The notes: a model not told the origin generated them from the letters alone. A DNA stretch of 62,556 nt, filler included, from Choristocarpus tenellus KU-1152 (GCA_964200185.2; 13 parts of 13 records of this genome joined end to end with filler, not necessarily neighbours in it), one strand, 5' to 3'; positions 38,556 to 50,749 are shown, counted from the first letter of the whole stretch. Numbers and translations are program-made.

Positions 38556-40614
38556 CAAAAGAGACATTATAGAAGCTACAACACTGAGGTGTCTGCAGCA
38601 GCGACCCTAAAAAATATAACCAACTAAGCATGAGACTTACTCCTTGAAAGGAAGTCAGCATGGATCACACAAAAGCAAACAATACCTGCTTCTGTCTCAA
38701 CAATTGGATATAAAGTAGGTTACAAGTCCTAAAGAGGGCCCAAAAAACAGGGCATAAAGAAGCGTGGTGGCCTGTTGGCACCATCCTGCATTTTCACCAC
38801 CCTACCCCATGCATCAACCCCCCCTCCCCCCTTCCTCCTATTGGCCTAACATGTGCTGCGTGCTGCCTTGCACCAGCTTCAGTGACTTGTTCCTGCTCAT
38901 TTGAAGTATGTCTCAGATGTGTTCTGGGACGAATGCTATGATCATTATCACCTCCTCCATGGTCCTTCCCTGACTCCTACCATACTGACGTCTTCCCTGA
39001 CCCTAACCCTATCCCTAAACCTACCTAAAACTAAAAAATATGGAACTTACTGATGGTACAGAATGGTTTCATTTCAGATGAGGGTCAGAGAGTGAACAAA
39101 TCAATCCATTGAAGATGGAAACCTTACTAGAAGGGACCAAGATTGACTCTGGGCGAAATATGTCCATGTTCAAATAAACAATTACATTGCGCATTTGAGA
39201 CTTGACCAATAGTACCGTGAATCTTGGAGAAATACAGGGTTAAAAAACATACAGATTACTCCAATCTGGACCAACTTACAAAGGAGAGAGTCGCAGTTAA
39301 AGAACAGTTTCAGCCAGCATTAGGTTAGAGGTCAGAGTTGGACTATACCCTATTGGCATTAAGGCTAAGGGTGTCTACTCATTAGGGTAAGCACCAGCAT
39401 GAGGGTTATAGGGCTACAGTTAGACGTAGAGTTGGCACTAGGGCCTAGAGGGGGTGGGAGGGTATTGGATTGGCGTTGGGATTAAGACTAAGGGAAAAGC
39501 ATCAGGGAAACTATGATAGCCTTGATGTTTGGATCTAAAGAAGAGTTGGAACTAGGGCTAGCATTAGATTTAGGGCATTTTAGGGAGGAGCAGTAAATAT
39601 CTAGACCATAAATTTAGTAGTCAAAACAATCTCATGATGAACACAACTCTTGTATAAAATGAAAAGGTTACAAGAACAATTTCAACTAATCAAACAGATG
39701 GAGATTGGCCTGGTTTCTCCATTCTGAGTGATGTTGTTCATCGTCATTTTCCTCCCGATGTAATTTTCCTGGTTGTACAACATTAATTTAACACGAAAAT
39801 AAAAATATGTTAAAAATAATAACAATAATAGTACAAGGACAATCCTTGCCCTTCACATATGTTACCTACAGAAGGGCTATTCTTATAGTTGAATCTGCAT
39901 CGGCAATTGATGCTAGCACAAGGGTTGCTCTTTGGGGTTAGGTTTGACCTTAGGAGTTTAGGGGGGTGGGGATCGGAACACTTCCCGGGCATATTTGTAC
40001 CAGCTATGCAACAAAAACAAAAAGGTGAAGAATAGGCATTAAAATCACTTTCTAAAATATCATGGACTCGTGTCATTGACTCTGTAGAGACAGAACCACG
40101 GTTTGTGTACACTGCAAGACCTGAAGGTAACCTCGTTACATTTTTCTTACCAAACATGTCATCAATCTCTCAACGTTTCTTACAAACTTCCCTCTATGTA
40201 AGTATAGTGCACTATTGCACGCATTCAGCTACTGATCAACCGCCTAGGCAATGAAAATCAATCTCGCATCACTTCGATGTGCTCAGCTTTGCAAATGATT
40301 ATTTTCCCAAGAGTACAGCACCACCACAATATAGTAGCGCAATATAGTAGACAACATTCATGTACAAGCAGTTTTTTACACATCACGTATCACGGATGAA
40401 GGACTCTGTACACCTAGCATCAACACACAGAAGGTCAGGGGGAAGACCGGGACTGCCAAACCATTACCAAACAACAAACCATCACCCATCATTATAGTCA
40501 ATAAATAGAGTCAACAAACCCCCACCTCATGTCCACTCGCACCCTGCGACTCCCCTTCCGAAAGTGATCCTGCTCCCCCCCCCACTAAACCCGCTGTGCC
40601 CCCCCCTCCTCCCC

Positions 40615-40714
40615 NNNNNNNNNNNNNNNNNNNNNNNNNNNNNNNNNNNNNNNNNNNNTTAATTAATTAANNNNNNNNNNNNNNNNNNNNNNNNNNNNNN
40701 NNNNNNNNNNNNNN
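40615..40714. other. Artificial contig linker
   Basis: N44-TTAATTAATTAA-N44. Confidence 0.99.
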
Positions 40715-40850
40715 GGAGAGGGACCAGGAGTTGAGGAGCCAGGCCACCTGCTTGTCCTCCATCTCGCTGAGGTGTGTAGCTAAAGCTCGTGTCCCAGAGT
40801 TCTCTATCACCTCCGCCATGTGAGCTCGAATGAAATCATATATATATATA

Positions 40851-40999
40851 GTTTTCATTGGTTTCCCCCCTGACACATCTGCAAAATGTCAGAGGGCATA
40901 ATAATAAATATAATAGATCGTGTGACTTACTTGTATTTTTATTATTATGCCCTCTGATATTTTCCAGATGTGTCAGAGGGAAGGGAAACCAATGAAAAC
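40851..40999. mobile_element. ~150-bp hairpin MITE flanked by TA
   Basis: TA|GTTTTCATTGGTTTCCC..CTGACACATCTG..AGAGGGCATAATAATAAA and its inverse ending ..GGAAACCAATGAAAAC|TA. Confidence 0.8.
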
Positions 41000-42191
41000 T
41001 ATACACATTGTCACTTGTATCGTATCCAAGTACAAAGTGTACCCAGCACGTATTGTGTTGAACGAATACTATTTGAATCCAATCAGTACGCACCACCACC
41101 AAAAACAACTAAAAAATATATAGAAAGGAGAAAAAACAGAGGGGGAAAAAAAAGAACGATAGGTCTGAAATGTGTAAAAATGCACACATTCATACCACTC
41201 CTATTAGTGGCAGGTACCCAATACAAAAAAAGTCAAATCTCAATCAAAATTTATTCACCACAAAGGGACACGAAAACAATGAACTCAACACGTAGGGGAA
41301 GAAATTTTTTTTCATGCATCTCCTCCATGTGATGGGGCACAGTAGTGAGCAGCAGAAATATAAAGACCACCACCACCAACTCCAAGCAAGAAGAAAGATA
41401 AATCGTGGTCCAGTCATCCAGTCCTACCCTCAAGTTGTGAGATCAAATGGTTGATGATCATCCCAGAAGAAAAAAAAATACCACATTCAGTGGGCACCAC
41501 CAGTGAGCTTGTTCTGGCAGTCACATCAGGTACTGATGCCCTCTATGATTTTGCAGATGTGTGAGGGAAGAACCAAACCCGTATCACAAGGACTGCTGTA
41601 TAAGTAACACCTGTAGTTACAATAAATACAAAAAAAATATACCTCTCCAAAAACAATTTGCTGTTTGAAAACAGTAGTAGTACAACAATGTTCCCTTCAA
41701 GTTATACACACTACAGCAGTAGTAGCAACGGAGAGTGGAGAAGAGGAAACATCATGTAAGAAATACAACAAACGTAACTATAGAAAGGAGTACTGTAATA
41801 TTATATCACATGTTATGGGGCCTGGTTCTGTGTAATGGGGGGTTATGAGACGCAACAGAGATGAGGCTCAGAAAGGAAGTGAGAGATGAGACTGAGGCAT
41901 GGTGGGCGTATGTATGTTGAACCTCAATCTCCACTGTGATTGGTTGCGACCTACCTGTCAGAACAGAAAACACAATTTCGGTCTTCGCTGGTTTGAATCA
42001 TGTTGCGGCTACGGCGAGCTGGTCGTGCATCTGGTCCCATATCACACATCACTTGACTTGGACTCAATGGTAAAAGGTGGCGCGCGAAAATGCATATGAC
42101 TGCGCGGATTATCGTGTACTGTGTGTGGAGATGTCAAAAGAGGGTCCTTCGCAATACACACACACACACATGGTTACACTATTATATATAT

Positions 42192-42250
42192 ATTATTATG
42201 CCCTCTGACATTTTGCAGATAGATGTGTCAGAGGGAAAACCAATGAAAAC
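42192..42250. mobile_element. Solo right arm of the 40851 hairpin MITE family (another remnant at ~41537-41577)
   Basis: ATTATTATGCCCTCTGACATTTTGCAGAT..GTGTCAGAGGGAAAACCAATGAAAAC|TA. Confidence 0.75.
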
Positions 42251-44941
42251 TATACATATGTCGTTATAGCCCTAAAGAAATAAAATATTCTAAATGTGAG
42301 AACGCTATAAAACACTGTAAGTGTGGAAACCACTAATCAGTTACTTCACCACTATCAAATATTGTACCACTGTCTTCCTGTGTTTCCCATCTATCTACTC
42401 CTGTGCCCCGGGGGGGCGAGCTAGGTAGGCATCCCAAGAATCCAACAGACCCCTCCGTGCCCATCTCTGCATGGTGACTCTAGTTTGAAGCGCATGACAC
42501 GTCTAGACAATGCCACTTGCGTAGTCACCGAAACAATTTGGCGTAGCCTGGATTTACTCTATTTGTATGATCACACTAGTAGTTAGTATGTCGAATTGAA
42601 GAATGAAATATATAAAATACTTAGAGATAGTGACGTCTCATCTCTATATACGATTCGTATCCCAATATCAAATTTAGGTACAACGAAGAAAGGGAAAGGG
42701 GCAGAGTAGATAGGTTGAGGGAACCTACTATTGCGATCTGAATCTCTTGCAAGGCAGCTACAACAGTTCAGGACTGATTCGGTGGATCTGCCGGGGTTTG
42801 CAAATTACTTCTCTTAACCCCGGCAGGAGCACTGCGGCTGATATACCTGTTCACATGAACTAATTGTCATAAGTTCTTGTCCAACCTTGATTCTTCTTGG
42901 ATAGTTTGGTCCCTACAGCGCCGACGAGGCGTACCGAGGAGGCTCATACCCGAGTTTTTTTCATTTCGCAGGTTTTTCAGGAGCATAGGTGAGCTTTGTA
43001 CCCTAAAAATGCCCCTCTTGCACGCCATTGGCAAGATTTGGTGTCCTTCGATCGTGTCCTCATGGAACTAGTGGGTAGCCCAGAGGCACCTCTTCAGCTT
43101 GGATGTAATGTCGCATTCTGGGATACTGATGAAAGAGATAGGATTTTCGAACTACGCGGTCTGTTGAAAAATGCAAGAGTCAACTTTTCCTGTGGTTTGT
43201 GTAAGACCTTAGGACTATACTATGCCCTCACATCTTGTACAACGAACTCCTCTTCATTTACTCTTCAGTTCCTCTTCGCGAGTGTTGACAATGGTATGTT
43301 GACCTTTGAATAAACATCGAAAGCAAGCACGATCTTCTGCATGGGACTATCCGAGTATCGGTGACATTTTTGAGAGATCTCGAGGCAGTGGTAAATAGCA
43401 ATCAGCTCAACCACATTTTTCCGCACCTCTCGCGTTCTTGTGTTTTGTCTCTAAATCTTCGTGTATGCTATTCTTGGAACTTATCCACGAGTACCGCACG
43501 TCGCTTGTGCTAAAGCAAAATGTGATGCTCAAACTGGCAATACTGGTTGTTCATTTGTGTGTGTTGCAGACTTGTTTTTTCTGCGGACGGCAATCAGCTA
43601 TAATATGTGCAACTTGATTTCTTAAATAGGACTTGTCAAGTCAAAACATCAACGATCCGTTCATGAGCGGTGACTGATCTGTATGTGAAAACCCCCTGCC
43701 GCTCTAGAACATTGTTCCCTCTCTTGGAAGTGAGACCTCCTCGATACCATAATCCCCTGTTTGCAAATTTAGAGACTTGCAAGGTTTCCCTCTCTTTCTG
43801 GATTCCATCCTAACCTAAGCTGTTTGAAGGAGCGATCATATACTGGCAAGTCACCTCATGTAGCCAGTTGCTCTAAATCCTTTCTTGTGATACAACTTGT
43901 GTTTTAAATGTCATTAAATATATTTCTCTCTACTGCATCAATTCCAATTTTTAGGTGGCCAAAATTGACTCATGACAGACCAGATGTCTGCCCCTCCCTT
44001 CCTTTTTTCCCATTATCTGATAGTCTTCACGATCAGCGGGCTCTTGCCACCCCACCACCCACCCCTGTCTTATCCCCTTCATTTCGCTGAGGAGCCATCA
44101 CTACCCCATTGTTTTTTCTTCAAGAATAGTACCAGTGCTCACATACACAATAAATACTACTTCATATACTGCGATCAATCTCAAGATCCTATTTTCACCT
44201 GCCTTGGCTGCTCAAATGTGTTTTTTTTGGCTGTAATATTGAATTCGTGCGTTCGCAAAGTTTCCAGATCTGAAGTTGTCCAGTGTTGACTCTGTGTCCG
44301 TTATCATCGTCAAATTTTGGCACACAGATGCCCTGGTTGTGTTCATGGTAGGTTTTCTGAGTCCTGTGTCATGATTGGGTTGCGATGTGGTTCAATAGGT
44401 GAGAATGTTGTCAAAATTTTGATTTTGAACTTGATTATTGGCTTCTCAACCAACCGTGGAATGATGAATCCCGTGTAGATCAAGAATGACGTCCATTTTG
44501 TAGTCAGCAATGAGATTTTTTGTGACTTCTGACCAGAAATTTGGTTAAGGTTTTGATGTCCTGGACTTGGAGTGTCCCCCCATTTTATGTTTTGGTCATT
44601 TTGTGATAGAAGCTATTGCAGAGTGCTTGAGTGCTTGGATTACCAACCCTGGGTTGTTCTCTACACCCCACTTTCTCCTCATCCTTTGACCCTGAACTTG
44701 ACTAGACCTGAAACATAGCTACTATTGCTTCATGTAACCTCGCTCACAGTGCAACTCTACGGTGCAATGAAAAAGGCGTACTTTTGCAGCCAACACGCCT
44801 TCTCCAATATCCACTCCCATTCTCATTGCCAGGGCTAGCCTGTAACATCAATGCAATGCTCTTGCTCCCTCAAGCAATGCCTCAAAAAATCCTCCCCCCC
44901 CCCCCCCTTTCATCACGGATAGAAACTGGAATATCCACAGG

Positions 44942-45041
44942 NNNNNNNNNNNNNNNNNNNNNNNNNNNNNNNNNNNNNNNNNNNNTTAATTAATTAANNN
45001 NNNNNNNNNNNNNNNNNNNNNNNNNNNNNNNNNNNNNNNNN
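44942..45041. other. Artificial contig linker
   Basis: N44-TTAATTAATTAA-N44. Confidence 0.99.
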
Positions 45042-46691
45042 ACGGTGGTGTCAGATACAGATTTATTTTATTTTATTTTGGGGGGGGAGGGGAGGGGGGG
45101 GGGGGGAAGGGGTCTTGCAAACCCATCATGATGTTGCCGGCGAAGAAATCGGATTTAGTCTCTAACCCTAACCCTAGCCCTGTTCTATTCAACCCTAGCC
45201 CGGTGTGAAGCTTAGGGTTAGGGTTAGGGTTAAGCCTTCCAATTTTTTGTCATCATCCATGCAAACTGCTTGGACTGGTTCTGAGCAGAGGAAGTGTTCT
45301 GTTAACCTAATTCATGATCCGCTGTGACACCTCCCCTCTATCCTTTCCTCCAAGGTAGAGCCTGCTCCGATGAGGTCCATGTTTGTGTGTATATATGTGT
45401 GTGTGTTTTGTAAGGGGTTAGGGTTAGGGTTAGGGTTTGAGGTTTTATTCTCGGGTACTCTGTTAGTGAATAGTTTGAAGTGTTTGCTATACATGATAAA
45501 GGCGTTTGAATCATTCGGAACAGATGCGTATCTCTATCAATCTAGAGCAGATGTTAGAGTTTAGTGTCTGAGGGAGGCAATCGAAAGCCAGATGGTTCTA
45601 CCAATCTACCCTTACATAGAGGGTTAGAGATGCTGAATAAACCAGCTTACATTGCGTAGATTGTAACTATTTGAATAAACCACAGAAATGAAGCGAATGC
45701 TGAATGTATACTCTGGAGTTTTGTGTCGTAGATATTGAGGGGAAATGCATTTATTCCCACCTATCAATCTCGTGTTGATGTATTTATTGTTTGGTGGTGA
45801 TTACACACCAAAGGAATACTTTGGTTGGCAGGGACATGCAGGGACTGTACAGCCACAACCATTTTTCTGGCACTAGCACTGCTAATGGAGCTGCGCTTTT
45901 AGCTAAGTGTGGTCATTGATTGCCATTGAAAGGTTATTGAAGGCCATTTAAAGGTCATTAAGGCCATGAAAGGCATTGAAGACCAGGTTTAAAAAAAAAA
46001 AATCGAAAATTTGACCCCTCGGTACTAACCCTAACACCCTAGCTTGAAGTATCGAAGGACTTGTTTTGATTGGTTGAACGGGGTATTTTGGTTGAATGTG
46101 ATTGGCTACAGAGCGAGAAGGTCGAGTGCACTATACGTTTTGATGTTGATGGTGTTGAAATAGGAAAAAATAAAGAAATCGAAAATGAAATTGGAAAATT
46201 GTTGGTGACATTAGAGAAATTTTAACAATTTTTTTTTAATTTTAACAGAACAAATAGAGTAATTCTTCTTTGAGAAAAAAAGATTCTACCATCAATTAAT
46301 GATATAACTTTACCTGGTGAAGAAGAATTGAATAAACCATGGTTTGTTTCTTTAAATAGCAATGCTTCTTTTTAATTTTTTGTTTGTTAATATTCGTGAA
46401 GCTTCTGGTTTATATGCATTTCATCAAAATGCTAAGACTTCAAATCTAAAATTTTAATCTACAATTTAAAGTTCGTATCTTAGTCCTTCAAAGCGTTCGG
46501 TTTGGTTTGGTTTTATGTGATTGAGATCGAGGGATGAAAATGTTCAGTATCCAAAGTTTGTTTTTTTTATCATGTACACATAGGCATCGCAACGCTGCTG
46601 TACACATAGGCATCACAACACCCGCACCATCACACATTCACCAACCTTGAAAAAAAAATCGATTGAAATAATTTCTCTCGTTTTATGAAAG

Positions 46692-46897
46692 GGTTCGATC
46701 TCGGCAAACCTGGTCAAGAAATGAGTGCCTTGCGGGGAGCAGTGTTTGAGGTCCCGGTGACAGTTCTCATTCCCAAGAGACCACAGTGGATTCCCAAGCC
46801 AGGAGGTGGCCTGTCTGCCAAGATCGTGGAGGGGACTGGGGACAGCACTGACAGTGACACTGACAGAGAGAATTTAGAAGAATTTTCTACCGGCAAG
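46692..46897 (+). CDS. TPP2: Tripeptidyl-peptidase II, internal exon
   Basis: GFD...RGAVFEVPVTVLIP...EEFSTGK|GT resembles the TPP2 segment GYD...GPLFRVPIT...FKPG; splices in frame to 48577. Confidence 0.8.
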
Positions 46898-46917
46898 GTA
46901 CAGACAAAGAGTTGTTG

Positions 46918-47347
46918 GTACTGTGCTTGTACCTTCGAGTGTGGTACTGTATCTAGGTACCTTATATTGTACTTTTTGCAAGATGTCGAAGTACTGTGCT
47001 TGTACCTTGAACGGTGGTACCTTATCTAGGTACCTTATATTGTGCTTTTTGCAAGACGTTGAAGTACTGTGCTTTTACCTTTGAGTGTGGTACCATATCT
47101 AGGTTACTTTATGTTGTACCATGTGCAAGACTTTGAAGTACTGTAGTTGTACCTTCAAGTGTGGTACCATATCTAGATACTTTATGTTGTACTTTTTGCA
47201 AGATGTTGAAGTACTGTGCTTGTACCTTAAAGGGTGATACCTTATCTAGGTACCTTATATTGTACTTTTTACAAGACGTTGAAGTACTGTGCTTGTACCT
47301 TTGAGTGTGGTACTGTATCTAGGTACTTTATGTTGTACCTTTTGCAG
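46918..47347. repeat. 73-bp tandem repeat, ~5.9 copies, intronic, GTAC-rich
   Basis: Unit starts at 46918, 46991, 47064, 47138, 47211 and 47284. Confidence 0.95.
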
Positions 47348-47555
47348 AAGATATCGACTGCGCAGCATCCAAAGAGGGACGGACTTGGCTGGGGTGAGAG
47401 CTGGCGCACTGGTGGCAGGACGTCGATTCAGACGCAATGGTGGACAACCAAATTGTTGGGAATGTGGTGGACCTCAATTCCGATCTAAGTGCCCACAAAT
47501 CAAGAAACAGAAGGCGATTGATGGGGGTAATGCTTGTTTTGTTTGCCGAGAAAAG
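47348..47555 (+). pseudogene. Exon-like zinc-knuckle fragment nested in the TPP2 intron
   Basis: TTTTGCAG|...CWECGGPQFRSKCP...CFVCREK|GT; the first knuckle has Gln where His is expected. Confidence 0.55.
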
Positions 47556-47644
47556 GTACTGTAGTCTACACTGCAGAGGTAAAGGAGCCGCCATGGGTAT
47601 TCTTAATGTGGTTCATTTAATCTACCCAGTAAGGAGTTCTGTTT

Positions 47645-47905
47645 GAGTGAAGGTATCTTAGAGGGTACGATTTTTGATCTGTTTGTCCATTTGGGGCTTG
47701 ACTTTTCACGGGTTTATAATGGTATTTTACCTGCTCCAAAAAGTTTTGGAGTAGGTAAAATGTATACGTTATGAAAGGAGTGTCCAGAACAAGGATATTG
47801 ACATCATCTCCTAACCAACATGATAGCGAAAATAACATCAAATTTGCAACATTGGATTTTGCCCCCCAATTGGACGCGGCCTTACCCTCTAAGATACTTT
47901 GACTC
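47645..47905. mobile_element. MITE family A (261 bp), 3-bp TSD TTT, intronic
   Basis: TTT|GAGTGAAGGTATCTTAGAGGGTA...TACCCTCTAAGATACTTTGACTC|TTT. Confidence 0.88.
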
Positions 47906-48164
47906 TTTCTTATGTTGATCTTAATTTCTGAGTTAATTTCTGAGTACCCTGAACGTTGCACCTTTCTGACAGGTGATTCTTAGATACCAATAGCAGCAGT
48001 ATTTTTCAGAATCATCAAACAGAAGTGGTTTGCTTGCTCCGTTTCGTGATTCGTCCTATCCAGGAGTTCCTAGTATTAGGATGGCTGATTTCGACCTTTT
48101 GCAGGTGTTGACAGGAAGTGGAGGTGGTGATTAATGTAGTAGTATTAACAATACTAAATGATCA

Positions 48165-48356
48165 TGATAATATTGATTGAAGTAGTACTAAGAACGATAA
48201 TAATAGTGATAATAATATTGATTGAAGTAAGAGTAAGAACGATAATAATAGTGATAATAATATTGATTGAAGTAAGAGTAATAATAATAATAATAGTAAT
48301 GATGATAATATTGATTGAAGTAAGAGTAGTAATAATAATAATAATGATGATAATAT
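48165..48356. repeat. AT-rich 45-48-bp minisatellite, ~4 copies
   Basis: ATATTGATTGAAGTA at 48170, 48215, 48260 and 48308. Confidence 0.9.
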
Positions 48357-48576
48357 CGAACACCAATTGTAGGGTCAGGGTCAGGGATTGTGGGGCGACT
48401 GCATCTCATTGGCTGAATAGGACAAAATATATATATCTATATGTATATATATCTATATACATACCTTTTTTTTTCTGCGCCATATTTTTTTGTTAGTGCA
48501 TCTCCACTCATTAGTACTTGCTCCAACCGACTCTCTCATCTTGCTCTGAGAAACAACAACCCTGTGTCATGCACAG

Positions 48577-48671
48577 GTCCTGCGGAACTTTCTCCATCCC
48601 CCTCAAGGTTCTCAATGGATGGAGGTACAAGTCAAGGACTGCCGTTCCGAGGGCAGTACGGATGGAACCAG
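48577..48671 (+). CDS. TPP2: Tripeptidyl-peptidase II, next internal exon
   Basis: CAG|VLRNFLHPPQGSQWMEVQVKDCRSEGSTDGT|GT resembles TPP2 IRRHFIEVPEGATWAEVTV; phase is compatible with the upstream exon. Confidence 0.8.
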
Positions 48672-48742
48672 GTGGTTCGAAAATTGCTTTCGAAGATTAT
48701 GAATGATCTAGCATCTTTTTTTTAATCTTTTTTTTGTTCCTA

Positions 48743-49035
48743 AGTCCTGAACAGACGCAACTCAAGATGTATGTTCATTCGTTCCCCAGTCCTAAATAGA
48801 CACAACTCAACATGTATGTTCATTCGTTCCCCAGTCCTAAATAGACACAACTCAACATGTATGTTCATTCGTTCCCCAGTCCTAAATAGACACAACTCAA
48901 CATGTATGCTCATTTCCCAGTCCTAAATAGACACAACTCAACATGTATGTTCATTCCTCAGTCCTAAATAGACACAACTCAACATGTATGTTCATTCCTC
49001 ATTCCTATCCCTAAATAGACATAACTCAAGATGCA
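48743..49035. repeat. 45/41-bp minisatellite, ~7 copies, intronic
   Basis: AGTCCTAAATAGACACAACTCAACATGTATGTTCATTC at 48743, 48788, 48833, 48878, 48919, 48960 and ~49007. Confidence 0.95.
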
Positions 49036-49656
49036 TCCTTCGTATCGATTTTTATTTTTATTGATGAGGTACGGGGGCAGTGTGATATTGGATTTTTATT
49101 TATTTGTTGGAGGGGCCTGATTGGTTAGTTTTTGTATGGGAGCTAGTAATAAAAAACCCTCTCATATTAAAACTTCTCCACCTTGGTTCAAGATTGCGTC
49201 AAATAATTACTTACACTTACTTTTATTTTTTTGTCAAATAAAGAGATACAACAAAGATCTGTTTTTTATCTAAAATTTGGTGAACCGCTTGTAATAATCA
49301 ATATATTCTTCCATGATTTCAAGTGTTTTGCGTGTCTCTTCCATGATTTCCGCGAGGTGTGGTTGGTTATAAACTTTTTTTTTATAAAGAGATTTTAAAC
49401 TAGTTCACTCATTGTACCGTACGTACACACGCCTGTACAATATTTTAGACAAATAATACGTTTATACATAATGTATCTCTATTTTTGTACTTTTTTAATT
49501 TTATTTAACCTTGCTGTGTGAATGACAGTTTCAGTTTGGATTTTTTTTTGGCGTTGGATTTTTTTTTAATTAGGGTTAGGGGGGTGTTGAGGTCGAACGT
49601 GTTAAGCGAAGTTTTTATTATTATTATTAATATTATTATTATTATTATTATTATTA

Positions 49657-49720
49657 CTCCCTTAGTCCCGTAAGTCTGTGTCTTTATGTGTATACCACTT
49701 CAGTACGAACTCCGATTCCT
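49657..49720. mobile_element. Terminal fragment related to the 2871-3617 Stowaway-like element
   Basis: TA|CTCCCTTAGTCCCGTAAGTCTG versus CTCCCTCTGTCCCGTAAGTCTG. Confidence 0.6.
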
Positions 49721-50006
49721 CGGATTTATTTATTTATTTATTTATTTTTCGGATGGTGAGTAATATTCGAAGGCGTTGGATTCGAAGAGTACAGAAAGGC
49801 GTGTGCCGTGTTGAAGTATAGGCTACTCATCTTTTGGTGTTATTGGTGTTCTAGTCCATACTGGATGGAGTACTACTCTACTATTTTTGGTCACGTCTTG
49901 AGGTAAATCACTATTTTTGGCCAGCCCCCTTCTTCTCGAAGGTGAAAGGAACTCTTCTTTTTTTTTTGAGAATAATATTTTGTCTAGTCGATCGCCGCCA
50001 GGAAAA

Positions 50007-50080
50007 GGTCTCGTTCTGAAACATTTTTCAGAACATATATATATATGGTCTCGTTCTGAAACATTTTTCAGAACATATAT
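50007..50080. repeat. 40-bp tandem duplication containing a 9-bp-stem palindrome
   Basis: GGTCTC-GTTCTGAAA-CATT-TTTCAGAAC-(AT)n x2. Confidence 0.85.
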
Positions 50081-50216
50081 ATATATGTATATATGTATAC
50101 ATGTATATATAAAAAAAAGGGGGGGAGTGGTGGTAACACCGTCTCTCGTTCTCACTCGAAATAAAATAAAAATGAAGAGGGGTTAGGGTTAGGGTTAGCC
50201 TTTTTCCTTGATAGAA

Positions 50217-50276
50217 GACTAAAGGTATCTGGGGGGGGGGGGGGGGGGGCGGGTGCCCATTTTTCCATGCCGTGGT
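50217..50276. mobile_element. MITE family B terminus at contig end
   Basis: GACTAAAGGTATCT followed by poly-G and GTGCCCATTTT. Confidence 0.5.
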
Positions 50277-50376
50277 NNNNNNNNNNNNNNNNNNNNNNNN
50301 NNNNNNNNNNNNNNNNNNNNTTAATTAATTAANNNNNNNNNNNNNNNNNNNNNNNNNNNNNNNNNNNNNNNNNNNN
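50277..50376. other. Artificial contig linker
   Basis: N44-TTAATTAATTAA-N44. Confidence 0.99.
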
Positions 50377-50409
50377 GCTTTAGGGGGGGAAGAAAAAGAG
50401 GGGGGAAAA

Positions 50410-50445
<36 letters not shown>

Positions 50446-50749
50446 AGAGGGGAGATTCGTAGAGGGAAAGTTGATTAATACGACTGACTACATACACGTG
50501 TACAGAGGGTGAGAAATTGGGACTACTCTCTGAAGGGCTAGGGTTAGGGTTAGGGTTTTGTGACGAGGAAGAAGCACAGTAAAAATAAAAAATCACCAAG
50601 AGACATTCACAACATGTCTGACTGCACACACAACAACATTCCCCCGGCCCCATCATGCCTTTGTCTTCCTCTACCAACAGTTACTACAACTAGCAGTCAC
50701 TACAACCAACAGTTACTACAACTCTATAACCCAAACACCTGAGGCTCCA

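Noticed and set aside
40715-40840. Cullin-like exon (HMAEVIENSG)
   Set aside because: Too short and truncated, with ambiguous splice sites.
46918-47347. CRISPR array
   Set aside because: Whole units are homologous, there are no unique spacers or cas genes, and the array lies in a eukaryotic intron.
48154-48496. Ile-rich and Tyr-rich ORFs
   Set aside because: Translation artefacts of an AT-rich minisatellite inside the TPP2 intron.
48743-49035. CRISPR array
   Set aside because: Head-to-tail minisatellite without spacers.
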